Source: Girardia tigrina (lineage: Eukaryota). From it: a DNA stretch of 51,429 nucleotides. The notes under the pieces were generated by a model. The model had not been told where the DNA came from. It made no database searches and saw only the letters and a list, made by a program, of their open reading frames with translations. The position numbers and the translations under genes are program-made. Shown one piece after another: positions 41,517-51,429 of this stretch (positions are counted from its first letter, which is position 1; the number at the start of each line of letters is the position of its first letter). The DNA lies in the NCBI GenBank assembly GCA_001938485.1, contig MQRK01236875.1, positions 14,134 to 65,562 on the forward strand, read 5' to 3'.

Positions 41517-42470
41517 CTAATAAAACTTAATTATTTTTTAATTTTGTCATTAAGATTTGGAAACTATGATCTCAGACATGTTAAAATGATTATTTTAAAG
41601 CAAAAGTATGTTTAACCTCTGATTTAATAATAGGCTGTTTGGTGGTCTATTTTAGCAATGCAGCTCAGTGATGGTTAAGCATCAAAGTTGGTGGCCACGA
41701 AACAGTCGTTTTGTTGAAAGTATTCAACTCATAAAGGCTATTATTATTGTAATGTAATTATCATTTAATAATTAATTAACTAACTTAATATAATTGGTCG
41801 CGCTGTGATTACTTTGGACCCATTTTTTTTGAACCCATTTTATAAATTAAAATAAAATTAAACTAAAATAATTAAATTAAATTAAAAAAAATCATTTAAA
41901 TTAATTAAATTAAATATATATAAGTATATATATATATAAATAAATATATGTGAAATCATCACGTTCATATGGTTTTGTGATGACGCATAAACCATATGAA
42001 TTAATGTTTCAACTTCAAGATAGTCATTGAATTTTTCCAATACATCGAAATCAATTCACTCAACTCATTCAAATTTAGTCGATTGATTATCTCTGATATA
42101 ATTAATCTGCAATTTTATCGAGATATTACATTTAAGCAGTGGATCGATTTGTATCAGTGAATTATGTGATAATAACAATTGTGAGCCTCATTTTTTTCTG
42201 TTTTTGTGTGTTTCTTTGTTTGTGATTACCATTTCCATTTAAATTGTCCAATCACATAGTGTAATTGGATGATAGTGTGTATGTGAATGGATTCATTAAT
42301 TACCATATGATTGGTTAAAAGTGTGTATGTATGTGTGTGCAAAATTTTGTGAGAATTAATCACAATTAACAATGCTGCAATAAAAAATGATTTTGAAATG
42401 TGAATATAATTCACAATTTTGTTTAAACCAAATAAAAATTTTGAAAATAAAACTTGCTATTTTTGATGAA

Positions 42471-43076
42471 ATGAGTGAATCACGAGTTTGTGAATTGTAC
42501 AATGCCATTATTCAAACTTCAGATACCGGCAAAAAAGTCGAATTAATTAATAAAATTAAAGAATTAATTGTGAATAAAGATTCACTGATTAAATTATGTA
42601 TTCCGATGGGAACAGCAGTAACTGCCAAATTTAAGGGTGCATTTTGTGAAGCTTTGGTGAATAATGTCGAGCGAATTTTTCTTTGCCGAATTCAATTAAT
42701 TGATAATAAAAAAACCGTAAAAGTCAATGCGGAAGATGTAATTGGCAGTGTGTCAGTAAATAATAAAGTNNNNNNNNNNNNNNNNNNNNNNNNNNNNNNN
42801 NNNNNNNNNNNNNNNNNNNNNNNNNNNNNNNNNNNNNNNNNNNNNNNNNNNNNNNNNNNNNNNNNNNNNNNNNNNNNNNNNNNNNNNNNNNNNNNNNNNN
42901 NNNNNNNNNNNNNNNNNNNNNNNNNNNNNNNNNNNNNNNNNGAAGGTGAATATTTCAGTATGATCGCTTCATTCATTAAAGCTGAAAAAGATTATCATCA
43001 TAACACCGCTGATATTTTTGAATCTCTGTTTTCAAATTTAAGAGATTATCATCATAACATCACTGATATTTTTTGA
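42471..43076 (+). CDS. Chimeric ORF: symplekin-like N-terminus, ARID4-like Tudor domain, RICH/ARHGAP17-like BAR helix
   Basis: SESRVCELYN...KIKELIVNKD ~ symplekin SERVVDLLN...VQELIINKD; GTAVTAKFKGAFCEA ~ ARID4 GTDVSAKYRGAFCEA; EGEYF...KAEKDYH ~ ARHGAP17 EGEYG...EAQADYH. An N gap precedes the third piece. Confidence 0.75.
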   Translation: MSESRVCELYNAIIQTSDTGKKVELINKIKELIVNKDSLIKLCIPMGTAVTAKFKGAFCEALVNNVERIFLCRIQLIDNKKTVKVNAEDVIGSVSVNNKXXXXXXXXXXXXXXXXXXXXXXXXXXXXXXXXXXXXXXXXXXXXXXXXXXXXXXXXXXEGEYFSMIASFIKAEKDYHHNTADIFESLFSNLRDYHHNITDIF

Positions 43077-43862
43077 ATCTCTATTTTCAAATTCAATAAA
43101 AAAGCGAGATGTAGCAAATTCAAATAAATCAGCTACCAGTTCGAGTGTAGAAAAGGAAGTGAAATTCGCATTGAGTCTTGCTCTTAAACTCATAGAGTTG
43201 AATCAAATCGAAATCNNNNNNNNNNNNNNNNNNNNNNNNNNNNNNNNNNNNNNNNNNNNNNNNNNNNNNNNNNNNNNNNNNNNNNNNNNNNNNNNNNNNN
43301 NNNNNNNNNNNNNNNNNNNNNNNNNNNNNNNNNNNNNNNNNNNNNNNNNNNNNNNNNNNNNNNNNNNNNNNNNNNNNNNNNNNNNNNNNNNNNNNNNNNN
43401 NNNNNNNNNNNNNNNNNNNNNNNNNNNNNNNNNNNNNNNNNNNNNNNNNNNNNNNNNNNNNNNNNNNNNNNNNNNNNNNNNNNNNNNNNNNNNNNNNNNN
43501 NNNNNNNNNNNNNNNNNNNNNNNNNNNNNNNNNNNNNNNNNNNNNNNNNNNNNNNNNNNNNNNNNNNNNNNNNNNNNNNNNNNNNNNNNNNNNNNNNNNN
43601 NNNNNNNNNNNNNNNNNNNNNNNNNNNNNNNNNNNNNNNNNNNNNNNNNNNNNNNNNNNNNNNNNNNNNNNNNNNNNNNNNNNNNNNNNNNNNNNNNNNN
43701 NNNNNNNNNNNNNNNNNNNNNNNNNNNNNNNNNNNNNNNNNNNNNNNNNNNNNNNNNNNNNNNNNNNNNNNNNNNNNNNNNNNNNNNNNNNNNNNNNNNN
43801 NNNNNNNNNNNNNNNNNNNNNNNNNNNNNNNNNNNNNNNNNNNNNNNNNNNNNNNNNNNNNN

Positions 43863-44337
43863 CATTTTATATATGAAAGATATGAAATTCCTGTTTGATA
43901 TAATTTTGAAATCATTTGATCACATTTCTCAAAATATACAATTTAAAAAATCAAGAACCTCTGCGGAGATACAACAATAATTAAGATCTTATTTGTAGTT
44001 ACGTATCTTCAGTTTTATTTTGGTGTACTCGAAATGTGTTTCTGATTGTTCGGGATGCTACTTATGATGCTTTTCAGATTTTATAAACCCATTTGACAAT
44101 CCAAGTTTATCCATTCCTGGAATCGGTCTTTTCCATTCATTTATCATTCTGTTAGTGTAAAATTGATTGATAATCCTTTAAGGAATGATCTGCTAGAAGA
44201 ATTCGGTTATTAATCTTTAGTATAGCTACAAAATTGGATATTTAATAAACAAATCAATTAAAAAATAATTACCGAAAATTTCTGAAAATTATTTTCCATG
44301 AATTCATTATCTGGAATGACAATTTATTTTCCTTCCT
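43863..44337 (-). CDS. Candidate host gene, possibly USP-like, with in-frame TAA/TAG/TGA
   Basis: A 47-nt intron GTAATT...TTGTAG joins FMENNFQKFS to LY*RLITEFF*QIIP*RIINQFYTNRMINEWKRPIPG. Distal LNCIF*EM*SNDFKIISNRNF resembles the USP ..LW(S/T)G...ISP..F helix. Confidence 0.35.
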
Positions 44338-44807
44338 TTCAACATCAAAAATATAAATCGAAATTTCTTCTCTTTCGACTAAAGAAACTTGGAGGTAACG
44401 TAAGTAGGAAGTTTAAGAAACTATTAATTATGACAAGAAGGAAGTCAAATTTTAAAATCCTTTGAACTGAGACATTTTTCTAACAAAAGGCTGTGAGATG
44501 CAATACCTATTTTTTATTACAATAACTTCATCCCTTTAGTGAAATAATATCTTTTTCTCATACTATATGGTTAGCATAAAAAACAACTTCAAAATGTTAT
44601 TGATTTATTCATTGTAATGACATTTATTATGAATGTTCAATTATTTGTTGTTTATATTATAAGAATTATGTTGAACTAATTTGAAGGTTATGTATCAGTT
44701 CTCCTCTGATGTTACTCCTCCGACGTTGATGAATTTAGAATTTAAAAATTTTAAAACAGCGACAAAAAATTAATATTCAATGACAAAGTCATTATATATG
44801 AATGTAG

Positions 44808-44905
44808 CGGAAGAGAAACGACTAGAGGAGAAACGATCAGACTAGAAACGATCGGATGAAAAACGACCGGAGGAGAAAAGTCGAAGGAGAAACTACCTGT
44901 CCCCA
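44808..44905. repeat. About 15-bp degenerate tandem repeat, probable MULE TIR end
   Basis: GGAGAAACGAYCRGA-like units, about 6 copies, ending CTGTCCCC. Confidence 0.6.
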
Positions 44906-45239
44906 ATTGGAATTTAAACTCATGTCACGTGAAAAAAATATTACTTGTTCATCTTTATGATGAAAATAGAAGGATGACTATGCTACTTTGTGAGAGTTAA
45001 AGAACAATTTAAGAATTCATTATGAGCATGGTTATCCAGACAGAAACACATGAAGAGTCCTGAATAACCAAACCGTAATTTTTATTAAGTTGTTGACGTT
45101 AGATTAACGATCCCCAAAGGATGTTGGAAAAAAGTTTCTTTTGTTAATTCTTTGCTTCTATTGTCTAAAAGTATTTGCTGTTTATTGTTTTTCGTACAAA
45201 TCTATAGGTAGAAGTAAGAATATTTAAAAAAATAAATCT

Positions 45240-46204
45240 GGTACTTCATGTGTAAAAAATTGAAGAATTTAGGACAGTTGAAGACACGAGTAAGTAAAGA
45301 TTGATAAAGTGGAAAGAATCGTTGCAGCAAATGACCATATCAGATCTACTCGAATTGCTAAACTAAGCAGCATTCCTAAATCAAACATTATGAAGATCTT
45401 ACTATAACATCTCCATCTGAATCCTAACCGTATTCATGTTTTCTATGCTTTCACAGTTCAAGATTTTGAAGAACGAATCGCTTCTAGTGAGTCCATGTTG
45501 CGCTCATTAAATATCCGGAATGATGTAGTAAAGGACACAAAACAGGAATAATTTGTAAACAACATTGATGGGTATGTTAAGGTATTTATTTTTCAATTAT
45601 GAACCCACCATTTTGTACACAAGTTTTGTAGCTTCTTATTAGCTTTAAAAAGACATTTTCCTGGAAAATGTAATGTTGATTCACCAGGGATTCTTGTACT
45701 ACCTCTTTTAATTCTGCTTTTGAGGCGAACAGTCTACCTCGTAGGAGTTTCTTTTGATTGAGAAACAAATAAAAATAAAATCGTATCCGGTGAAGAGAGA
45801 ATTAGTGTAAGGCTGTGGAAACCTACCTTGTTTTTGATTGTAGAGAATTCACTTGTTTGTTCTAAATATAGAGATTGGAGAAAATAGAGCGTGTACGATT
45901 GACAGAGAGAGCGGTGTTTTGTATTTTTTTCAGAAAATATCTCAAACTTGCTCAAATATTATGAGATTGGCCTGACACGAACTGAGCCTGTTTTCAAATA
46001 CTTCATTTTATTCAGCTACAACTGGGTATTTATTAAGAAATCTAAACTTCCTTTGCTCACATTCAAACTTTCGCAGAGCATTCCTGTTCTGATACGTCGG
46101 TCAAATAATACATTATTCGCAAATGCTTCTTTAATATTTACGCAAATTTTCAAAGATGTTTCGGTACTGTTCTCATTAGACACAAGAGAAAAATCAGGGA
46201 ACAA
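45240..46204. mobile_element. Tc1/mariner remnants (plus 45240-45500; minus 45586-46204)
   Basis: RSTRIAKLSSIPKSNIMKIL HTH; FDRRIRTGMLCESLNVSKGSL HTH; LRGRLFAS...KTCVQNGGFIIEK mariner tail. Confidence 0.7.
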
Positions 46205-46249
46205 GCCTGGGGAAAAATATTTTGATAAATAAAATTAATAAAATTATAG

Positions 46250-46895
46250 GAGTCATATTAAAGCATTTTATTATCAAATATTATATATAAATCTAAATAA
46301 ATGTAACGACTCGACCTGAGCCGCCCCGGTGGTAATTATAACCGATATAAAATTCGGTTTGACTGGTCACTGCGTCTACTGTTCAGTTCGCGAGGGATTT
46401 GCGGTACTCCCGACCAGTGCAGACCAAAATCCCGCGGTGACGATTTTCTTCGGCTCGATTGACGACAACGATGATTGCTCGTTATTTTCGGACAAATACG
46501 AATTCCAAATAAACTGATTAATCGATTCTTTATCGGCCGTATTCGCCGAATCCGCACAGCTTTTCAGCAGCAACAGTTGCGATTTCTTCACGTAATTGGG
46601 ATCTATGATCGCTTTATTCGTACAAAATACAGATCAAATCAAAACAAATACAGAAATCAAAGAATTGTGTATAGGTGCGTGCGCGTTTGTCGATCGGATT
46701 TCTTCGAGCAATATCGACGAATTCGAAAGCAACTTGCGCGATTACGATACCGTTCCTTTGTCGGACAATTTTGGCGTATTGGAATCGCCATTTGTGATTA
46801 CCATTTTGGAAATTTATTTGACTTAATAACGATAAAATAATAGACAATAACGAAGATATTTGATTTTTAAAAAATAAGCCGACTAAGCATTTTGA
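46250..46895 (+). CDS. CpG-rich coding-like island with in-frame stops, product unknown
   Basis: ORFs 46329-46517 and 46596-46826 share a frame, separated by TGA (46515) and one TAA; codons are G-first rich; tail LT**R*NNRQ*RRYLIFKK*AD*AF-TGA. Strand uncertain. Confidence 0.4.
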
Positions 46896-48179
46896 AATTT
46901 TTATTAAAATAATTCAGTAAAACAATATCGTTTTGTATTGTTCTTTATACATTATAAAATAATTTCTAACATAAAAAATAATTTTTTTTACATTGAAAGA
47001 AAAAAGTTTTTTACATGATACAATAAGTATTTGTTTACAATAAAATAAGTGTTTTTTAATGTTTTTATAGTAAAATGTTGTGGTACACAACATCAAAGTA
47101 CATATAAAAGTTTTAGCAAAACATTGATTTTTATTAAAAGATAGCATATGCAAAAGACTGACGCATTTACATCCAAACACTTTTAAGCAATTTACACTAA
47201 AAATATACTGTAAGTAACATAAATAAGAGAAACAGATGGCGTCATGGTAATTAGTAGGGATGTGTTAATGCTTTAATACTGTTATCGAATCGGTATAAAT
47301 CAGAAATAGCATAAAAATATTTACTATAAAATTCAAAGATTAACTTTAAATTTAAGTGAGATGTTGTAGCACCCTAACATATAAATAAGCATGAAATAGT
47401 GAAGCGGAATTGAGAGCTTTTACTTAAGCAAGAGTAATGTTTGGTATGAAATCTTGATATATTTTCTTATAATGTTTCTAAACAAAATAATATAGCTTTA
47501 AATTTCATTAGATTATTGAACTCTTAAGAAAGTTACTTATTAAACAACGAAACGTTAAAAACCAATAAAATTTGAGTTTTCTTTGCCAATCACTCTATAT
47601 TCTTTTATGTTTAATTTTGAGATTCTAAATGGAGGGATAATTACCCTTTTACCCCTCCGCCCTGGATTCGCCTTTTTCAGAAACATCCTGTTTACCATGT
47701 TTAAATTATGTAATCCAGTCATAAATAATAGTTTTTGGATGGGCTTTCATCATGGTGTACCTTCTTCAACTCCTTAATAGTTTCATTCGCCGACAAATTC
47801 TTCAAAACAAAAAACTTAATTTCACTACGAAATTCCTCTGTATAATCCATGATTATGTCAAAATTTTTAATGTCCACAAAAATTAGACCACATGCATATA
47901 TTACTGATAAAAAGTTGTATTTCAGTTACCTATATTACTCACGGAATTTATCACAAAAAGTCAATTAAATTTATATATTATTTGACATTCATTCCGAGTA
48001 TTTAATGGGCGCAGTACGTATCAAAAGACAAAATCGCCTATTATGATTTCTGTATGGAAATTGATATGTCAAATGAATTCGAAGATTTGAGAACAACTTT
48101 GAATTGTCGAGTTGAAGTTTCTCTTGCAAATGTCTAAATATAAGTGCTTCATTTTCTTTGATAATAAATAAATGTTTAC

Positions 48180-50339
48180 TTGACACTCGAAATAAGCCTG
48201 ACACATGAAATGCTTCTTTAAGATAGTTTGAATTGATGTTATAAAGTCCACGAACCGGTGCTAGATTGCTATCAATAGATCTTCGTATTTACATAAAAAC
48301 AAATTTGTTGGTTGAAAGTTTTCTTCAGATTCGTTTTAGTAAAAAGTTTTTTCTTTTGTCTTAGTCATTAGGGTCTTTCCTTTTTGTCATAAGAAACCAC
48401 TTTTAAAAAGCTCTTTTAATAACTATTCTCCATGTCGAAATCGACTCGAAGATACAGTAGCGTGCAAAAGTCTGTTGACAGTAAAAAAATCCCAATTTTC
48501 CCACTTAAGCCATGAGTTTATAAGGTGGCAAGCTTAAATTTTGACCAGATATGTAATTTATTTTAAGCTTTTACGCTAAATAAATCTTTTTTTAATTTTG
48601 TTAATATTTTTATGACGAACATTCAATTTTCAAATTTACCAGTGGGAAATTCATAAAATTCATTGTTTCAATAAAGTAAATGCTAATTAAATTTAAGTAT
48701 TCATTTAAATATTAATTTTAAGTATTAAAAATAAAGTAATATTTAGGATGACCTCAGGCCGAGAAACGACAGAAGATATAAAGAAATTGATTGTTGGTGC
48801 TTATCTTATATGGAAAAAATCATATAGAGAAATTGCATCGCTTTATAATGTTAGCAAGTCTGCAATCGGTAGTCTTGTCAAGAGATACAATCAGCGTCAT
48901 ACCATAGACATCAAGTCACGCTGTGGAAGACCCCTGAAAGAATGCTGTTGAATGGAATAAAATAAAGAGAAAGGACTATAATGTTAAGTGTAGTGTTGAA
49001 ACTAGAAAACGTGGTCTTCGGAAAACAAATTTATTTGGTCGTCGACAAGCAAAAAAACCTTTGATCTCGGTAAATAATCAAAAGACCCGGTGTGTGATAG
49101 TTTTGTATTGGCCAAATGTGTTATTATACTGATTGTCACCAGTGTCAAACCTGGTACAGTTGACAGAACACAACGTTCTCTCAGATTTCCATTTGGTCAG
49201 ATATTTCAGTCAAATTGCATCGATGAGATTTCGGATTGTTTTGGATTTGATGGGAAGGCTATAAATAATCATCTACCTACGGTAAAACATGGAGGTGGTA
49301 ATGTGTTGGTTTTGGGTGCCTTTAGCCGTGAGATAGTTGGTTAAATACATCGCATGGAGGGCATAATGGATCAATCTTTGTACAAGGATATCATCGGTAC
49401 TAAAATGTTACTTTTTGCAAAAGATAAAATGCCATGAGATTGGGTATTTCAACAGGATAATGATTCAAAGCACACGACCAAAACAGTACAGGATTTTTTC
49501 AAAGCTAATAAAATTCTTGTTTTGAAGTGGCCATCGCAAATTCCGTACTTAAATCATATTGAGCATATTTTGGAATATATCGATCGTCATTTGAAAGGCA
49601 ATAAGCTCAAAAATAAGGACGAACTCTACGAAAATATTCAAGATATTTGGAACAGCATTCCTTTGGATGTGATTAACAAATTAGGTCATTGTAAAGCAGT
49701 TTTAGTTTCGAAAGGTTATGCTGCAAAATTTTAATAAAATTTACAATTTCTATCAATCATATTCAAAAATATTTGTTTTTTTTAATAAATTTTTGAATTG
49801 TTCATTGACTTTTGCACGGGTTAAAATTTGAAAATTGAATGTTCATCAAAAAGATATTAACAAAATTAAAAAAAGATTTATTTAGCGTAAAAGCTTAAAA
49901 TAAATTACATATCTGGTCAAAATTTAAGCTTGCCACCTTATAAACTCATGGCTTAAGTGGGAAAATTGGGATTATTTTACTGTCCACAGACTTTTGCACG
50001 TTAGTGTAGTTGTAGATCTTTTTTGATTAGATCTTTTTAGAATGACACAAAATCCTGCGTAAATCTTAAATAAAATCTGTCTTTCACGTTTCGAGAATTA
50101 AAAATTTATTGTCTTGGGCTTCTTTGTTTCAATTTTCACTTCTTAAAACTTTCTCTTCTGATATTTTCTATTTTTACTTTTACATCGTCCTTGTCTTTCT
50201 TCTATTTCAATCCATCTGATGTTTTGTTAAATGCAAAATTTTTCGTCTTTATTTCCCTTTGATAACAAATTTCACAAGAATTTTTGTAATTTACAATGGT
50301 ATTAAAATGTCTTTCCTATTTTTGATATTCCATACTCAT
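48180..50339 (-). CDS. Candidate host exon split by the Tc1 insertion
   Basis: Removing 48455-50006 and one TA gives about 200 in-frame codons: MSMEYQK*ERHF...IRRESFKK*KLKQR...KKDLQL|SSSRFRHGE*LLKELFKSGFL*QKGK...LIAI*HRFVDFITSIQTILKKHFMCQAYFECQ, then GTAAAC. Confidence 0.4.
48455..50006 (+). mobile_element. Tc1-family transposon with long TIRs
   Basis: TA-CAGTAGCGTGCAAAAGTC ... GACTTTTGCACGTTAGTG-TA; about 183-bp TIRs; TVKHGGG, FQQDND, WPSQ.P.LN.IE motifs; frameshifted. Confidence 0.97.
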
Positions 50340-51254
50340 CCAAAGAATAGTAAGAAAATGTTTGAAAGTGTATCTGAAAAACATTATTTATTTTTGTAAA
50401 AAAAATTATAAATCTTATTTTTAAAATATTTTACAAAAAAACTAATTCAATTTTATAAATTAGATTATTTTCTTTTCATTTTTCTATTTAATTTAAATAT
50501 TAAAAACTAATTTTATAAAATTACCATGAGTTATCCTGTGTTAAAAAATAAAATATTATTTCTAATATTAATTTTCAGATTATATAAAATATGAAATTGA
50601 TGTCATGAAAATTATTAATCAATAAATTAATAATACATATAAAATATTTATTCTTTGATATTTTTTCTGAAAATTTTTAAGCACAATTTTAAACAGATAT
50701 ATTTCAATTTTATAAAAATAACATTTAGTTTTATTTTATATTTAGTTTTCGGTTAAAATTAATTTAATTCAATTAAAAGCTTTTATTTCACAAATTGAAA
50801 CACGAAAATTTTTGTAAAAATCCGTCATCAAAAAAATATTTGGTCAAAATAAGATTTATCAAATATCATTTAAAAACCGAGAAATATTAATTAATATTAA
50901 ATTTATGTATTAAAATAGAAATTTTATTGTTTTATTAAATACAAAATACAAATTATTATTTAAATTATTATTATTTATAATTACTACGGTTTTATTACTA
51001 ATATTTGTAATATTATTTTTATTTAATATTTTTGTAATATTATTTATAATTACTACGGTTTTACTACTAATATTTGTAATATTATTTTTCTAATGGAAAA
51101 ACAATTTTTTATTTTAATCATTAATTGATAATCGCACATAAATGACGACTGAGACTAATTTTTGAGTGAGATATTTTCCTTTGAATGTTTTATGACTCCT
51201 AAATTGACCTTTGAGGAGTGCTCCACAAATAGCCTTTATTCTAAATTATGTTTT

Positions 51255-51429
51255 AGTAGGGGAAAAATGTACCTTCGGCGGCACCTCCCCCCCCCGGGGG
51301 GGGGTCGTTCCTAGTTACCGTGGTTGCCATGGTTACGTAACCAGTTACCACGCGGGGTTACCATGGCAACGGTCGCGATCACCTTAGCAACGGTCGCGGT
51401 TACCATGGCAACGGTCGCGATCACCCTAG
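51255..51429. repeat. GC-rich terminal segment: C9G9 palindrome and 21/42-bp tandem repeat containing RFX X-box motifs
   Basis: C9G9 at 51287-51304; GTTACCATGGCAAC at 51357 and 51399; alternating 21-mers GGTTACCATGGCAACGGTCGC / GATCACCYTAGCAACGGTCGC run off the window end. Confidence 0.85.

Noticed and set aside
6894-43980. Long X-containing ORFs in the track (6.9-7.4, 17.7-18.2, 42.7-43.0 minus, 43.2-44.0 kb)
   Set aside because: Their length is an artefact of N gaps; only the flanking real sequence was interpreted.
45948-46232. 94-aa plus-strand ORF
   Set aside because: Antisense shadow of a minus-strand mariner HTH remnant.
47989-48240. RhoGAP-like SGLFRVS motif
   Set aside because: Isolated motif; the rest of the domain is absent and another frame fits better.
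51356-51429. CRISPR-like or canonical telomere array
   Set aside because: Units are contiguous with no unique spacers, no cas genes are present, and the unit is not a short G-rich telomere motif.

Overview
AT-rich, gapped, transposon-dense eukaryotic scaffold of animal type (clear ARID4 Tudor-like, symplekin-like and RICH/ARHGAP17 BAR-like fragments; animal-type transposons). Much of it is mobile DNA: three Penelope-like (GIY-YIG) copies, two with minimal hammerhead ribozymes; many mariner/Tc1 copies; hAT, piggyBac, MULE, LINE and Helitron pieces; two Ty3/gypsy-type LTR elements. The main signal is in the non-TE islands. Several look like host exons (GT-AG boundaries, mostly 19-50 nt introns, protein-like frames held for 100-200 codons without frameshift), yet carry repeated in-frame TAA/TAG that read naturally as Gln, plus a few TGA that read as Trp. 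This suggests a stop-codon-reassigned nuclear genetic code, with a pseudogene graveyard or RNA editing as alternatives. Also notable: an intronless chimeric ORF built from fragments of three unrelated host genes, and a GC-rich end with a C9G9 palindrome and tandem RFX X-box repeats. All homology calls are by-eye motif recognition, not database searches. Boundaries of degenerate elements are approximate.
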